Shown here: positions 14,481 to 25,999 of the stretch, one piece after another
How the letters are laid out: each line of letters begins with the position of its first letter
How positions within the stretch are numbered: the stretch's first letter is position 1
Assembly: GCF_001194135.2 (NCBI RefSeq)
Contig: NC_068989.1
Location: 39,798,885 to 39,862,884 of the forward strand
Source of the DNA: Octopus bimaculoides
Lineage: Eukaryota
DNA length: 64,000 nt
Reading direction: 5' to 3'
Made by a program: the position numbers and the translations under genes
Notes under the pieces: generated by a model
Seen by the model: only the letters and a program-made list of their open reading frames with translations
Told to the model about the DNA's origin: nothing
The model's database searches: none

Positions 14481-16458
14481 TAGCTTGCTTCAGAGTCAGA
14501 GTAACTGATCTCAAAGTCACAAACTACCAGCAACCATTCATTGTGAGCTTTGTTACAATTCTTTAGCTTAATTTGGAACTGAAAGTAAGGGTGGTAAACT
14601 GGTAGGATCATTAGAATACCAGACAAAACGTATAGCTTCTTTTAGTACAATATGGTTGATAAATAACCTCAGCTAACTTCTTATAAAAGTGCAACATAGG
14701 TAATATGTTCATGGCCAACTACATAGATGTTTCTACGTTGCCTTCTTTTGGGTATTCTGTACAAGACAGATTGCTATGCCTGCCAGGGTGCTCAAAATAT
14801 TAAGAACCAGAAGATATTCCACAAGTCATTTCATTTAATGGCCCAACAATTTAGGGTTGAATATTAAGGTGGTAAGCTGGCAAAATCGTTAGCTTGCCAG
14901 GCAAAATGCTTAGTGGCATTTCATTCACTGTTATGTTCTGAGTTCAAATTCAGTCAAGGTCGACTTTGCCTTTCATAATTTCAGGATTGATAAAATAAGT
15001 ATCATTTGAGCACTGGGGTCAACATAATTGACTTACTCCCTCTCCCAAATCTGTTTGCCTTGTACCAAAATTTGAAATCAGTTTTGGACTGAAAGTGAGC
15101 CTATGTTACTAGCTGATTAAAAACAATCCTTGGACAAATTTGACAACTATATTTGTGACAAAAATGATAAAAATATTCATTTTTTTATATAATTGGAGGA
15201 AGAAAACTTTTAGGATAAATTTACTGCCAGCTGATATAGATATCAATAGATACATGTATGTGCTAACAGATAGTTAGATATATGCACACACATACATATG
15301 TATGTGCACACACACACTATGCACACACACACTATGCACACACACACTATGCACACACATGCACACATGTGCATGCACATAAAGATGATAGTGAATCTAA
15401 CAGTGAAGAAGGAAATGTTCTAAACCTTTGCTGTTTTCCAGAACATTTTGTTTCAGCAAAGAACTATGATGAGATAATATTGAACATGTTAAATTATGCT
15501 CTGTGGTCTTTAATTGATGTCTGTTCACATTCTAAGTTCAAATCCTATTTTTGTTGACTTCACCTTTATCTCATATCCTTGGGACCAAATAAAAAGTAGA
15601 AATCATGTACAAAGGTTAAATTGATAAACTATACTTTATTTTCATTCTTTTTTATTTAATAATGTCAGAAGTAAACAAGCTGTGCTCAACAATTTTTTTA
15701 AGGTGTTTGAGACATGTAAGAGAACAGTGGAAGTTAATGCAGACTAGGAACAACTTAGACCAAGTACTTGCAACAGGCTGGATAGATTGCACCAATGACA
15801 TCCAAGGTGGTGGTGATGGTGCTGAACTCAGTGATCAATTAAATATGTCACTAATTAGAAATGGCTTCTCTGCTTCTATAAAGTTTTCCTCAGTTAAAAT
15901 TCACTCACAAGTCTTTGATCAACTCAATATTTATGGTGGAAGATAAGGCAGTGAGCTGACAGAATTGTTAGCACACCAGGCAAAATGCATTTCATCTGTC
16001 TTTGCATTCTGCTGAAATCAACTTTGCCTTTCATCCTTTCGATAAAATAAGTATCATTTGAGCACTGGGGTTGACGTAATTGATTCAGTCCCTTCACCCA
16101 AGCTGCTGGCTTTGTGCCAAAATTTGAAACTAATATTTATGGTTGAAGACACCTTACTTGAAATGTTGCACTGTGGGATTGAACCCAAGAACACAGAGTG
16201 ACTAAGCAAAATTCTTAATCACAAAGTCATGCCAATGCCCAAAAGGGCCAAAGAAGTTGATCGTTGGTAAAATATTTGAAAGTTTAGGAGTTATGATATT
16301 GAATTTGCTTCTTTTATAAGATAGAATAAATATTTTACTCACTTGGCATTATACGACTGCATTATGTTTGAAATTAGATTAGCATTGGAAATAGTCAGGT
16401 ACTTCAATCTAATTCTTTAAATGAATGCAGTTCCTTGAGGAATACTCTTTCAAATATG

Positions 16459-16528
<70 letters not shown>

Positions 16529-17020
16529 CAACAATAATACAGCTAAAGAACTAATCCTATATTGAATTTTGCTGTATTTCCATTAGGTTACCATTATTTC
16601 AAATTTGGTAATTGGTTTATGGTTTCTACAGATCTTAGCTAATGGAAACAAACAAATAAAAGAAACATTACTTTACCATGAATGAACTGACAACTAGTTT
16701 TTCACTTTTAATTCTAATTTACTTTTGTTTTGAAGAGTCAGTAGTACCAGACATAAAAAAAGTGGTAGTCCTAGAAAGCACAGAATATTATTTGGCTGGT
16801 TTTAATTATTGAGCGAAAGTTACAAATGCAAGAAAGTATCATTATCCTCATTTAGTATCCATATTCCATGTTGGCATAGGTTGAATGGTTTGTCAGGCTT
16901 TGGAATGTTAGAGGACTATGTCAAGAACACACCAAATCACCCAGTCCAGGAATCAAAACCACAGTCATACATGAGTGCAACATCCTAACAAATAAGCCAT
17001 GTGCCCCCACAATAATAATA

Positions 17021-17078
<58 letters not shown>

Positions 17079-17119
17079 TAATAATAATAATAACAACAAC
17101 AGTACAGAGTAGCAGCTAC

Positions 17120-17940
17120 TACTAAGGTGGTATATCCGTTTTTTTGGCAGTCAGGGGTTTGAGATTTGCCAGATGGGCAAATTTCTTGTTGATGGATACT
17201 GCGGGTTGTATTTCTCATTGATGGATACTGTGGATTGTTGGAGGATATGCAGTTTTACACGGAGGCAGAGCTGGCAGTTGGGGGTGCCAGGTGAATAATG
17301 TGGCACTCTGTCAACAATAGTCTACTTGATGCTGGGTGTTTCCTCTTGCAAGTCATGGAGTCTCCAGAGAAAATGAGACAGAAGTAGAGTTCTGTCTGTC
17401 CCTGGATCTGAATGAGTGCATATGCTGGGAGTATCTTCCCTTGAAGTCATTTATCTGTCATACCCATAGAGTGCCTACTAATGTCATTAGAAGGTGTAAG
17501 GGTAGTTCTGTATATTACGGTCCTTGAGAAGCAAGATCCTTCTTGAGGGCACCGAGTGGGGTTTTGTCAGTTGCAGGTTGGGGGCGATGCGGGTGCATTT
17601 TTTACCTCAGTTGATGCATGCAATGTTGTCTAAGCAGGAGTAGCTCACCTTGACATTATGGGGGTTGAAGAGTTTGTAATACTTGTGACTTGTGGGGAAG
17701 TGTTTCTTAATTAACAACAGGAAGTCCCTAGCTATGTTGGAGGAAACTTCTAGATTGAAAGTGGGGTTATACCATATAATTTCCCTTTTCTAATATTTTT
17801 TGGGTGAGGAGAGGGTGTTTGAGGGTTGTTCACATATGTGAGCTTCTCAGTAAACCCTCTCCTAGTCAAAGCATCATTGTAGTGGGGGTGGCCTTGTTAA
17901 AGATTTCTCTGTTGGCCAAGAGATTAGATTTTCCAACTAA
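17120..17940 (-). mobile_element. 5'-truncated Penelope-like element (RT thumb/linker plus GIY-YIG endonuclease), probably Naiad-type
   Basis: The minus strand reads ...GFTEKLTY...REIIWYNPTFNLEVSSNIARDFLLLIKKHFPTSHKYYKLFNPHNVKVSYSC...CN*QNPTRCPQEGSCFSRTVIY...MGMT..DFKGRYSQH...CQLCL. The 3' end abuts a (TAA)n tract at about 17010-17098. Confidence 0.88.
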
Positions 17941-18641
17941 CTGTTACTGATACCAACATCAAACCATGACAACCACGTGACCTTCCTCGACCAGTAACAG
18001 CCCACCTTACAGTAACAATCAACTTCTGTCATTCAAATTCAAAATGGCTGAAGACTAGCATCATGCTTGAAACTCAAGAGTCCCAAGGAATTTGAACCAA
18101 ACTGTTTTGATGCATACATGTAACTTAACAACACAATCAAGGTATAGTTGTGTATTTAGTAAAGAAGTTCACTCCACAAACTACATGATTTTCAGTTTGG
18201 TTCCACTGTACAAATATCTTCACCTACAACCTCATCTTGATCAAAGTCTTGTGAGTGAAATTTAGTAGATGGAAATTACATGGAAGCCTGATGGAAGAAT
18301 CATTGTTATTCTTGGATAGTAGACTTAATCTAACACTCAGTTTCACAGTCGTTTCTGGTCCTTGAGTGTCTTTAGTAGCGATCAGTATGTTAGGAGATTC
18401 TTCCCATCTTTCAGAAGAAGATAAGACAAATAGATAAACTTACTTTCTTATTCTTCAATACTCTGTTTCACTCAGTCGAGGTGTCTTGTCTTTAAGGTAC
18501 TTGGTGACTGCATCAGTACTGGTGTATGAAAAAAAAACACCAAGCACACTCTGAGGTGTCGTTGAATCAAACTGATTTGATTCATACATGTAACTCCCAA
18601 TAAATTTGTTGAGTGGTCTTCTTTCATTTGTCCACTCACAC

Positions 18642-18718
<77 letters not shown>

Positions 18719-19083
18719 ATAGCACAATCTATTCATGATCAGAGTTGTTCAAAAACCAAGGTACTACAGTATATCATTTAATGTACACACTCTAAGGATA
18801 AGAACTACTATAAAAGTTTCTTACTGTGAAGTCATATACCTTGGCACATTATAAAAACCTGCCTTGATGCTTGTCTTCACTGCAAGAAACTATTAGTAGC
18901 TCTTATCTTTATACTATATACATTAAATAAAATTTATCTCCTAGTGGATGGAATACTTTTTCCTTGATCTTACCATAATGGAATAATAAACTATGTGTGT
19001 GTATCAATCAATCATATATCAATTTCTATATCAGTTATCTGTCTCCATATGTGTTCCTTTTATTCAATCCTTAAAATAAATAC

Positions 19084-19134
<51 letters not shown>

Positions 19135-21408
19135 TACNNNNNNNNNNCACACACACACACACATGTATACATACATACACACAGACATATGTATATGTGT
19201 ACATATTTATGCAATAAAAATGTGACATAGGGAGACAAAACTAGACATAAATAATGGAAAGAATCACATACACTATAGACTTAGGGTTGCTCAACCCTTC
19301 ATCATTTATCAGCCAAAATAGCATCGCAGTTTTGACACCATCCAATAATATTGTTCAATTAGGCAGTGTCAGCCAAATTAGCTGCTGTAGTTATAAAGGA
19401 GGGGACATGACAAATGAACATGAAAATATAGTTACAAAATAGATGATGTCTCTTGAGATTAGATGGTGAATAAAGACAAGTCTTGAGGAGAAAGGGGGGA
19501 AATATATATAACAAACAAGTAAGGAAAGTAGCAGAAAAAAACAATAAATGATACACAGACATATTCATATACCAGGTATGTCTTTTAATTATGGAACAAA
19601 AGTTTGATATATTGTGCAGAGCAACACTATCAGGAAAGATGGTAGTCCATTCAGACTTATAAATATAAATGGTAAAATTAAAAAGAAATTTGTTATGTTT
19701 TTGGAGAGTCATTGCACAAGATGAAACTTAATTAAAATCTAAGACATATCAAGGGGCTAGGAAAAAAAGAAAAAAACATGAAAGCAGTCAAAACATAAAG
19801 GATGTATAGCTGGAAAACAGGAAGGTAAATGGAGAAGAAGATGTTGATAATTAAGTGCAAATGGTTGGCAGAAAGACCCATAAAAATGTAAGTGTAAGGA
19901 AGAAGAAAAGACAAATAAATAAACTTGTAAAAAAAAGTTGCCCCATGGAATGGTAACCTCTGATAATTTAACCCAAGCATCCTGTGCATATATTCACATC
20001 ACTCATGCATGCATGTGCATGCACACACATACATTCAGTGCCCATATATATGTATATATGCATATATACATATTCATATATACATAGATACATACATTCA
20101 GTCATATATACATATTATTGTACCTAGTGAAAGTTCATCAATATTCTGTAAGGTGACACCACTCCAGGTTGGTGGTAAATTCTTTTTTTTTTCTATTATT
20201 TTGCTAATGGCAGAGTTAGTGGAAAATTTGCTGTGTTCATTTTCCCTTAACAGAATCTCAGATACAAATGGAAGGATGAGAAGAAGGCTCCTAACATACT
20301 GATCTCTACTAAAGACACTCAAGGACCAGACACGACTGTGAAACTGAGTGTTAGATTAAGTCTACTATCCAAGAATAACAATGATTCTTCCATCAGGCTT
20401 CCATGTAATTTCCATCTATTAAATTTCACTTACAAGACTTTGGTCAAGATGAGGTTGTAGGTGAAGATATTTGTACAGTGGAACCAAACTGAAAATCATG
20501 TAGTTTGTGGAGTGAACTTCTTTACTAAATACACAACTATACCTTGACTGTGCTGTTAAGAAAATTTTTTTAAAATTCATGTCACAGAAAAGGAAAGTCG
20601 TCATCATCATCATCATCATCATCATTTAAAGTCCCTTTTCCTATGCTGGTTTCCATGACTTGTATATTCCCCACCTGGCTGGGATGCTGGTCTGTTACAG
20701 GACTACTCATTTTTGCCTGCTGAATGGGCTGGAGCAACATGAAAGTAAGTGTTTTGCTCAAGAACACAGCACATTGCCTGGTCCAGGAATCAAAACCACA
20801 ATCTTATGATCGTGAGTCCAACACCCTAACCACTAAGCCATGTGCCTCCACCCAATGATTGGATGGTATGATATGAATAGGTGAGCCAGAGGGCTGAATC
20901 ATGCTCTAATGTCTGCATTGGCATAGTTTCTGTCGCTAGATGCTCTTCTAATGTCAACTACTTCTCAGAGTGTGCTTGGTGTTTTTTTCATTCACCAGTA
21001 CTGATGCAGTCATCAAGCAGCACCTGCAAGACAAGATACCTTGACTGAGTGGAGCAGAGTATTGAAGAATAAGAAAGTAAGACAGAGAGACAAGAGCAGG
21101 TGTCTTACTGAAGAGCTGAATAGATGGCATTCCCATTTGGAAATAAAGGGCAAGAGAGATGTAAGGTCAGAGTACAAGATGAATATGACAAACAGAATAG
21201 GATAAAAGAACAGTAGAGGTGTGTCACCATAATGATAGATCAAATATCTACTTTAGTAGATAGCTATATCTTTTAGAAAAGAATCTCTCAATATCTGGTA
21301 TTTATTTCATTGATCTTTAAGTAATATAATGCTAAAGTGAACTTGTTACAATTTGCCAAGCAGATATGCATTCACCAAGCTAATGACCAATCTGTGGCTA
21401 TTTTTCAG

Positions 21409-21536
21409 TGTCTGCTGAAACATATCTCAGGGAATGTTTGACAATCAGTAATGCTGTGCATGGAGAAAAGCACCATAAAACATTGATTGTGGAGGATGAA
21501 CTGGTGAGAGTTTTACTAAAGACAAATCGTCGCCAG
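21409..21536 (+). CDS. TTC23: Internal coding exon of a TTC23-like protein (VSAETYLRECLTISNAVHGEKHHKTLIVEDELVRVLLKTNRRQ)
   Basis: TTTTTCAG acceptor and CAG|GTTGGT donor; 128 nt, phase 1 to phase 0. The peptide resembles the TTC23 segment VAEQYFQESM...KFLSIQDEFCHFLQMTGQKE (recalled from memory, no alignment run). Confidence 0.82.
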
Positions 21537-21672
21537 GTTGGTAAAATACTAATTTCCTTTTCAAAAGTATCAGATTGAGTTGTCTTAAAATGTCAGTAAT
21601 GATATCAATACATTAATATTTCTCTAACGATTATTACAGTTAAATTAAAGCATCATTTTTAAATACAGTTCT

Positions 21673-22016
21673 ATATTTAAGAGATGAGGAATTATGTACA
21701 TTATTTACATTATTTACATTATTTACATTTGACAGATATTTGTCCTCATCTTGTATGCCTGTGAGCATATGGCGTAGTGGTTAGGAGCGCGGGCTACTAA
21801 TCCCAAAATTCCGAGTTCGATTCCAGTCAGTGACCTGAATAATAATAATAATAATAATAATAACAACATCGAAAAAATACCTTAGGAATGAGAACCCAGG
21901 TTCGAAATTTCCCCAAGACACCTGATGAAGGCTGGAGGGTACATCAGCCGAAACATTGTGTTAACAACAATCAAGATGAGGACAAATATCTGTCAAATAT
22001 AAATAATGTAAATAAT
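21673..22016 (+). mobile_element. tRNA-headed SINE-like element with an internal (AAT)n, a hammerhead core and an inverted terminal duplication
   Basis: Box A-like TGGCGTAGTGG (21770-21780), box B GTTCGATTCC (21815-21824), CTGATGA...GAAA (21922-21953). The 45-bp segment 21709-21753 is the reverse complement of 21972-22016 with 1 mismatch. Confidence 0.8.
21917..21962 (+). ncRNA. Minimal type I hammerhead ribozyme-like motif; this copy is probably inactivated
   Basis: Stem I GACAC/GTGTT, core CTGATGA, stem II GGCTG/CAGCC, then GAAA-C-A-T-T. ACAT would be the palindromic ACGT before a CpG transition (inferred). Confidence 0.6.
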
Positions 22017-23138
22017 CACTTTTAAAGTATTAATTAATGAATATTAAAGATCTTATTAATTTTTCAAAATATTTAAAAGAATTTAAAATATTCAGAAAAT
22101 CCTATTAAAAAATGATTGGTGTTATTTGAATTATTAGAAAGAATTCCAACGAAACCAAGAAGGTTACATGTACTGAAGTAGTGTTCTTTCCATTACTTTA
22201 ACCATAAATATCCTTATCTTTATGAAACTCTTCACTGTCACCATCCTCTCTCAATGGAGATGTATTCCACCCTACTGAAGACTACACACGAAAATGCAAT
22301 GGTAGTGTAGGTTGTGGTGGCAGAGCCTTCAACACCTGATGAAATCATAGTGATATTGTCATAACATACTATGTATCCTAGGCATTTTAAAACAAATGGA
22401 GCTCATCCCTCCCCAGATCTGAACATAACTGGTTTTTTCTAAAGGAATGGGGATGGGGAGAGAAAGAAAGAGAAGAGTTAATCTCAGTTCTTGAGCGGTA
22501 CTTTATATATTGACCCCAAAAGGAAGTTGAACTTGGCAAGATTTGAACTCAGAGTACAGAGAACCAGAACAAATACCACAAAGTATTCTAATGACTGCCA
22601 ATCAATTTCCTTGTGAGTGTCTTTCATGCTCATTCCTAACATTGTTAGTTGCATCCTCCCCCATTGCTTATGCACATTTCAAAAACCATTCATCTATGGT
22701 ATATATTTTTTCATATTCGGAGTATGAAGAAATATGTTCAGAATATATCTTTGGCAGAGCAGAGGACTGTGTCAAAGATACATTCCAAATCAATAAAGAA
22801 CATACTGGACAATTTAATCTTAAATAAACCACATTGGATGGTTACAAATAGAATGTTTTTGATCATAGATCTGCTTGATCCTGAGCTTAACAGCAGCAGT
22901 AACAACAGCAATAGACTCAGTTACTCCGTCTATCTACCTTCTCTACTATGAATATACTGATACATTTCATTCTGGAATTGTTATTCTATGTGAGCCATCT
23001 AACTGAAGGAATTGAAGAATCACCTCATCATATTTTTGCACAGAATGTATATCAATTGCCTCTACTGTAAAAGCTTAATTATCTCACCACATCTTTCTTT
23101 CATTATGCTAAAATTAATTTCTAACTGATATTTTGCAG

Positions 23139-23288
23139 GAGGCTTTAAAGATACTTCAGTCAGGGATCACCAGGAAATGTGCTGTACATGGTTACTATTC
23201 AGAGAAGGTTAGCAATGCTCATAGTCTTATTGCATCGGTACATCTAGCAGATGGTGATATTGTTACGGCTTTGAAATCACATCAGCAG
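23139..23288 (+). CDS. TTC23: Internal coding exon of a TTC23-like protein (EALKILQSGITRKCAVHGYYSEKVSNAHSLIASVHLADGDIVTALKSHQQ)
   Basis: Branch-like CTAAC, TTTTGCAG acceptor and CAG|GTAAAT donor; 150 nt, phase 0/0. It has a TPR-like pattern similar to TTC23 ATSILRESLEAKVEAFGDFSPEVAETYRLLGGADLAQGNHSGARKKLKK (from memory). Confidence 0.85.
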
Positions 23289-23710
23289 GTAAATGGATTA
23301 ATTATCATTGTAAGGATGTAATTAATTTCCATTAGATTTCTAGTGGAAGACATCATATAATTAAGTCGTCAATGTTGTTTTTATTTGTGGCATCATTGCT
23401 ACTGTTGTCATCATCAAGAGCAAGGGATTAGCATGATCATTAGAGCATGAGACAAAAATATATTGCAACATTTGTTTTATGTCTTTGCATTCTGATTTCA
23501 AATCCTATCAAAATCAACTTTGCTGTTCATCCTTTCAGGATTGATAAATTAAAGTACACCAGTCAAGTACTGAGGTCAATACAATTGATTAACCTCTTCA
23601 TTACTTCTTCATATCCAAATTTGTGTCATAGTCTGGCCCTTGGCCTTGCCAGTTCCTGTCAAGTCATCCAACCAACACCAAAATGGAAAACTGATGTTAA
23701 ATGTTCAATA

Positions 23711-23852
23711 TTCTTCTTCTTCTTCTTCTTCTTCTTCTTCTTCTTCTTCTTCTTCTTCTTCTTCTTCTTCTTCTTCTTCTTTTTTCTTCTTCTTCTTCTT
23801 CTTCTTCTTCTTCTTCTTCTTCTTCTTCTTCTTCTTCTTCTTCTTCTTCTTC
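23711..23852. repeat. (CTT)n microsatellite, about 47 units
   Basis: Read directly. Confidence 0.98.
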
Positions 23853-24198
23853 AGTAGTTTTATTTTTATAGCGTGCTTTCACTTCACTACCGAGCGCAGC
23901 TCTGTGTGCCTTGGGTATGTGCTGTGGTTTGCTGTGATGCTCTTATGGTTACCGTATTGAAAGTGTTTTGCATAAGATGTGTGCAGTGCCCAGTAGTGCA
24001 ATTTTCTGTATGTTATATATATTTGAAAGTCCTGGTGTTTTTGTTATGTATTTGTCTGAATATTTTTTTATCATACCTAATGTGCCAACTATGATAGGAA
24101 TTGTTTTTGTTTTTAGATTCCACATTCGAGTTACCTCTATTTCCAGGTCTTTGTATTTTGAAAGTTTCTCCATTTCTTTTAGAGAAACGTTGTCATCT
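23853..24198 (-). mobile_element. 5'-truncated R4/Dong-type (RLE) non-LTR retrotransposon 3' end with 3' UTR
   Basis: ORF EKLSKYKDLEIEVTRMWNLKTKTIPIIVGTLG...QKIALLGTAHILCKTL is the typical RLE C-terminus. The 3' UTR ends AAAATAAAACTACT directly into (GAA)n. Confidence 0.88.
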
Positions 24199-24459
24199 GC
24201 TTATTATTATTATTTTTTTTTTTTATAATTATTATTGTGAGTTTTTGATCTTTCAGTTTTGTTTTCATTTCTTGCCGAGTGCCCTCCCGACAACTTGGGC
24301 AAAGAAACTCAAATCATATATTAATAAGCCATTAAAATAAACACACCAGATTGTTCATTTATAAAACCAAGTTATGTGAAGAGAAAAAGAAAGAAAGAAA
24401 AATGAAAGGAAAAGGAAGAAGAAAACAAAAAAAAATTTACATGGGTTGTAATTGTTCTC

Positions 24460-25145
24460 ATAGCGACAATGCTCTTCTTAATATATGTGATGTACAAGTT
24501 AAAACAATCTTTTGCACTTCTTGCATGGATAGTAAGCCAAGGATCATTGTCAAATAAGTTTCAGTTTCTTTTTTGAGCAAATCCTAGTGCCCCTGCAATC
24601 ACTGGTATTGTAACCGCCTTGAGATGCCACATATTTTCTAGTTCGATGAGCAAATTGTTATATCTTCTGAGCTTGTCAAATTCTTTTGCCAAGATATGAT
24701 CACAAGGAATACTCATGTTGATCAATAAACAAACCTTATTGTTTTGGTCTTTCACAACAATATCTGGTGTATTAGCTTTGATGGTTTGGCTTGTATGTAC
24801 TGGGAAGTCCCAAAGAATTATTACATTTACTCCCTCAGTTACAGATTCAGGGTGGCGATTATACCACTTGCTGGCAGTTTTGATTTCATAATGCTGACAT
24901 ATAAACCAGTATAGATATTGGCCAACTCTGTCATGTCTTGATTTATACTCCACTGGTGCTAAAACTTTACAGCCAGAAATTAGGTAGTCCACTGTTTCAA
25001 TCACATCATTGCAGAATTGGTATTCTGGATCTACTCCATTTTTTCTCACATCAGCTTGGTTGTTACAGGTTGATAATCTTTGATCTTGAGCAGCTAAGAT
25101 AAGGCTTTCACTCTCTACCTTCGTCACCATTGCTGTCGTCATCAC
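24460..25145 (-). mobile_element. R4/Dong-type retrotransposon fragment: CCHC-like knuckle plus restriction-like endonuclease
   Basis: The 194-aa ORF has LILAAQDQ, C...ETVDYLISGC, RHDRV, ILWDF, ANTPDIVV..K..CLLINMSIP and IPVIAGALG, then a frameshifted QKIVLTCTSHILRRALSL*. Confidence 0.9.
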
Positions 25146-25190
25146 TGTTGACTTTGTTGCTGCCGCTGCCGCTGCTGCTGCTGCTGCTGC

Positions 25191-25227
<37 letters not shown>

Positions 25228-25229
25228 GC

Positions 25230-25267
<38 letters not shown>

Positions 25268-25442
25268 GGGTGATGGCTGAGTGGGCAGAATCATTAGTAT
25301 GCTGGGCAAAATACTTAGTGGCATTTCGTCAACTTTGCATTTCATCCTTTCAGAGTTGATAGTACCATCAGAGCACTGGGTCCAGTGCTATTGACTTACC
25401 TCTCCCTTCATATTTGCTGGCCTTGTGCTAGCATTTGAAACT

Positions 25443-25483
<41 letters not shown>

Positions 25484-25900
25484 TATTATTTTTATCATTA
25501 TTGTGGCAAGCTGGCAAAATTGTTAGCATACTAGACAAAATACTTAGTGGCATTTCATCTACTTTCACCTTCCAAGTTCTAAAACTTCCAAAGTCAACTT
25601 TGCCCTTCTTCTTTTGAGCTCAATAAATTAAGTACCAGTTGAGCACTGGGGTTGATGTAATTGACTAATCAATCCCCTCCCCACAAAATTTTAGTCCTTG
25701 TGCCTTGAGTGTAAAGGGTTGTCAATATTAATCTTATCATTATTTATTATAAAGGCAGCAAGCAGGCACGATTGTTAGCAAGCTGGATGAAATGCTTAGT
25801 AGTATTTTGTCCATCACTACGTTTTGAGTTCAAATTCTGCTGATGTTGGCTTTGCCTTTCATCCAAATTTCAGGCCTTGTGCCTTTAGTAGAAAGGATAA
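25268..25900 (+). mobile_element. Three head-to-tail SINE family A copies separated by (ATT/ATC)n
   Basis: Heads at about 25268, 25503 and 25755; each follows a trinucleotide tract. Confidence 0.75.
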
Positions 25901-25999
25901 TCATTATGATGCTGTTGATGATGATATTTCATTTTTGAAAGTCTCAGATACTAAGATATTAAACCATCTGGACATTTCAGTTAGGAAGCAGTCAACAAG

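Noticed and set aside
18440-21080. Second inverted pair 18440-18555 / 20967-21080
   Set aside because: It has lower identity and the wrong order to belong to the 280-bp inverted duplication; probably two independent copies of a dispersed repeat.
21763-21835. tRNA-like sequences (also 26281-26350 and 27531-27600)
   Set aside because: They lack a proper acceptor stem and continue into repeat bodies; these are SINE heads, not tRNA genes.
22543-22951. Two overlapping ~95-100 aa ORFs between the TTC23-like exons
   Set aside because: No recognisable homology or convincing splice sites; they start inside a SINE.
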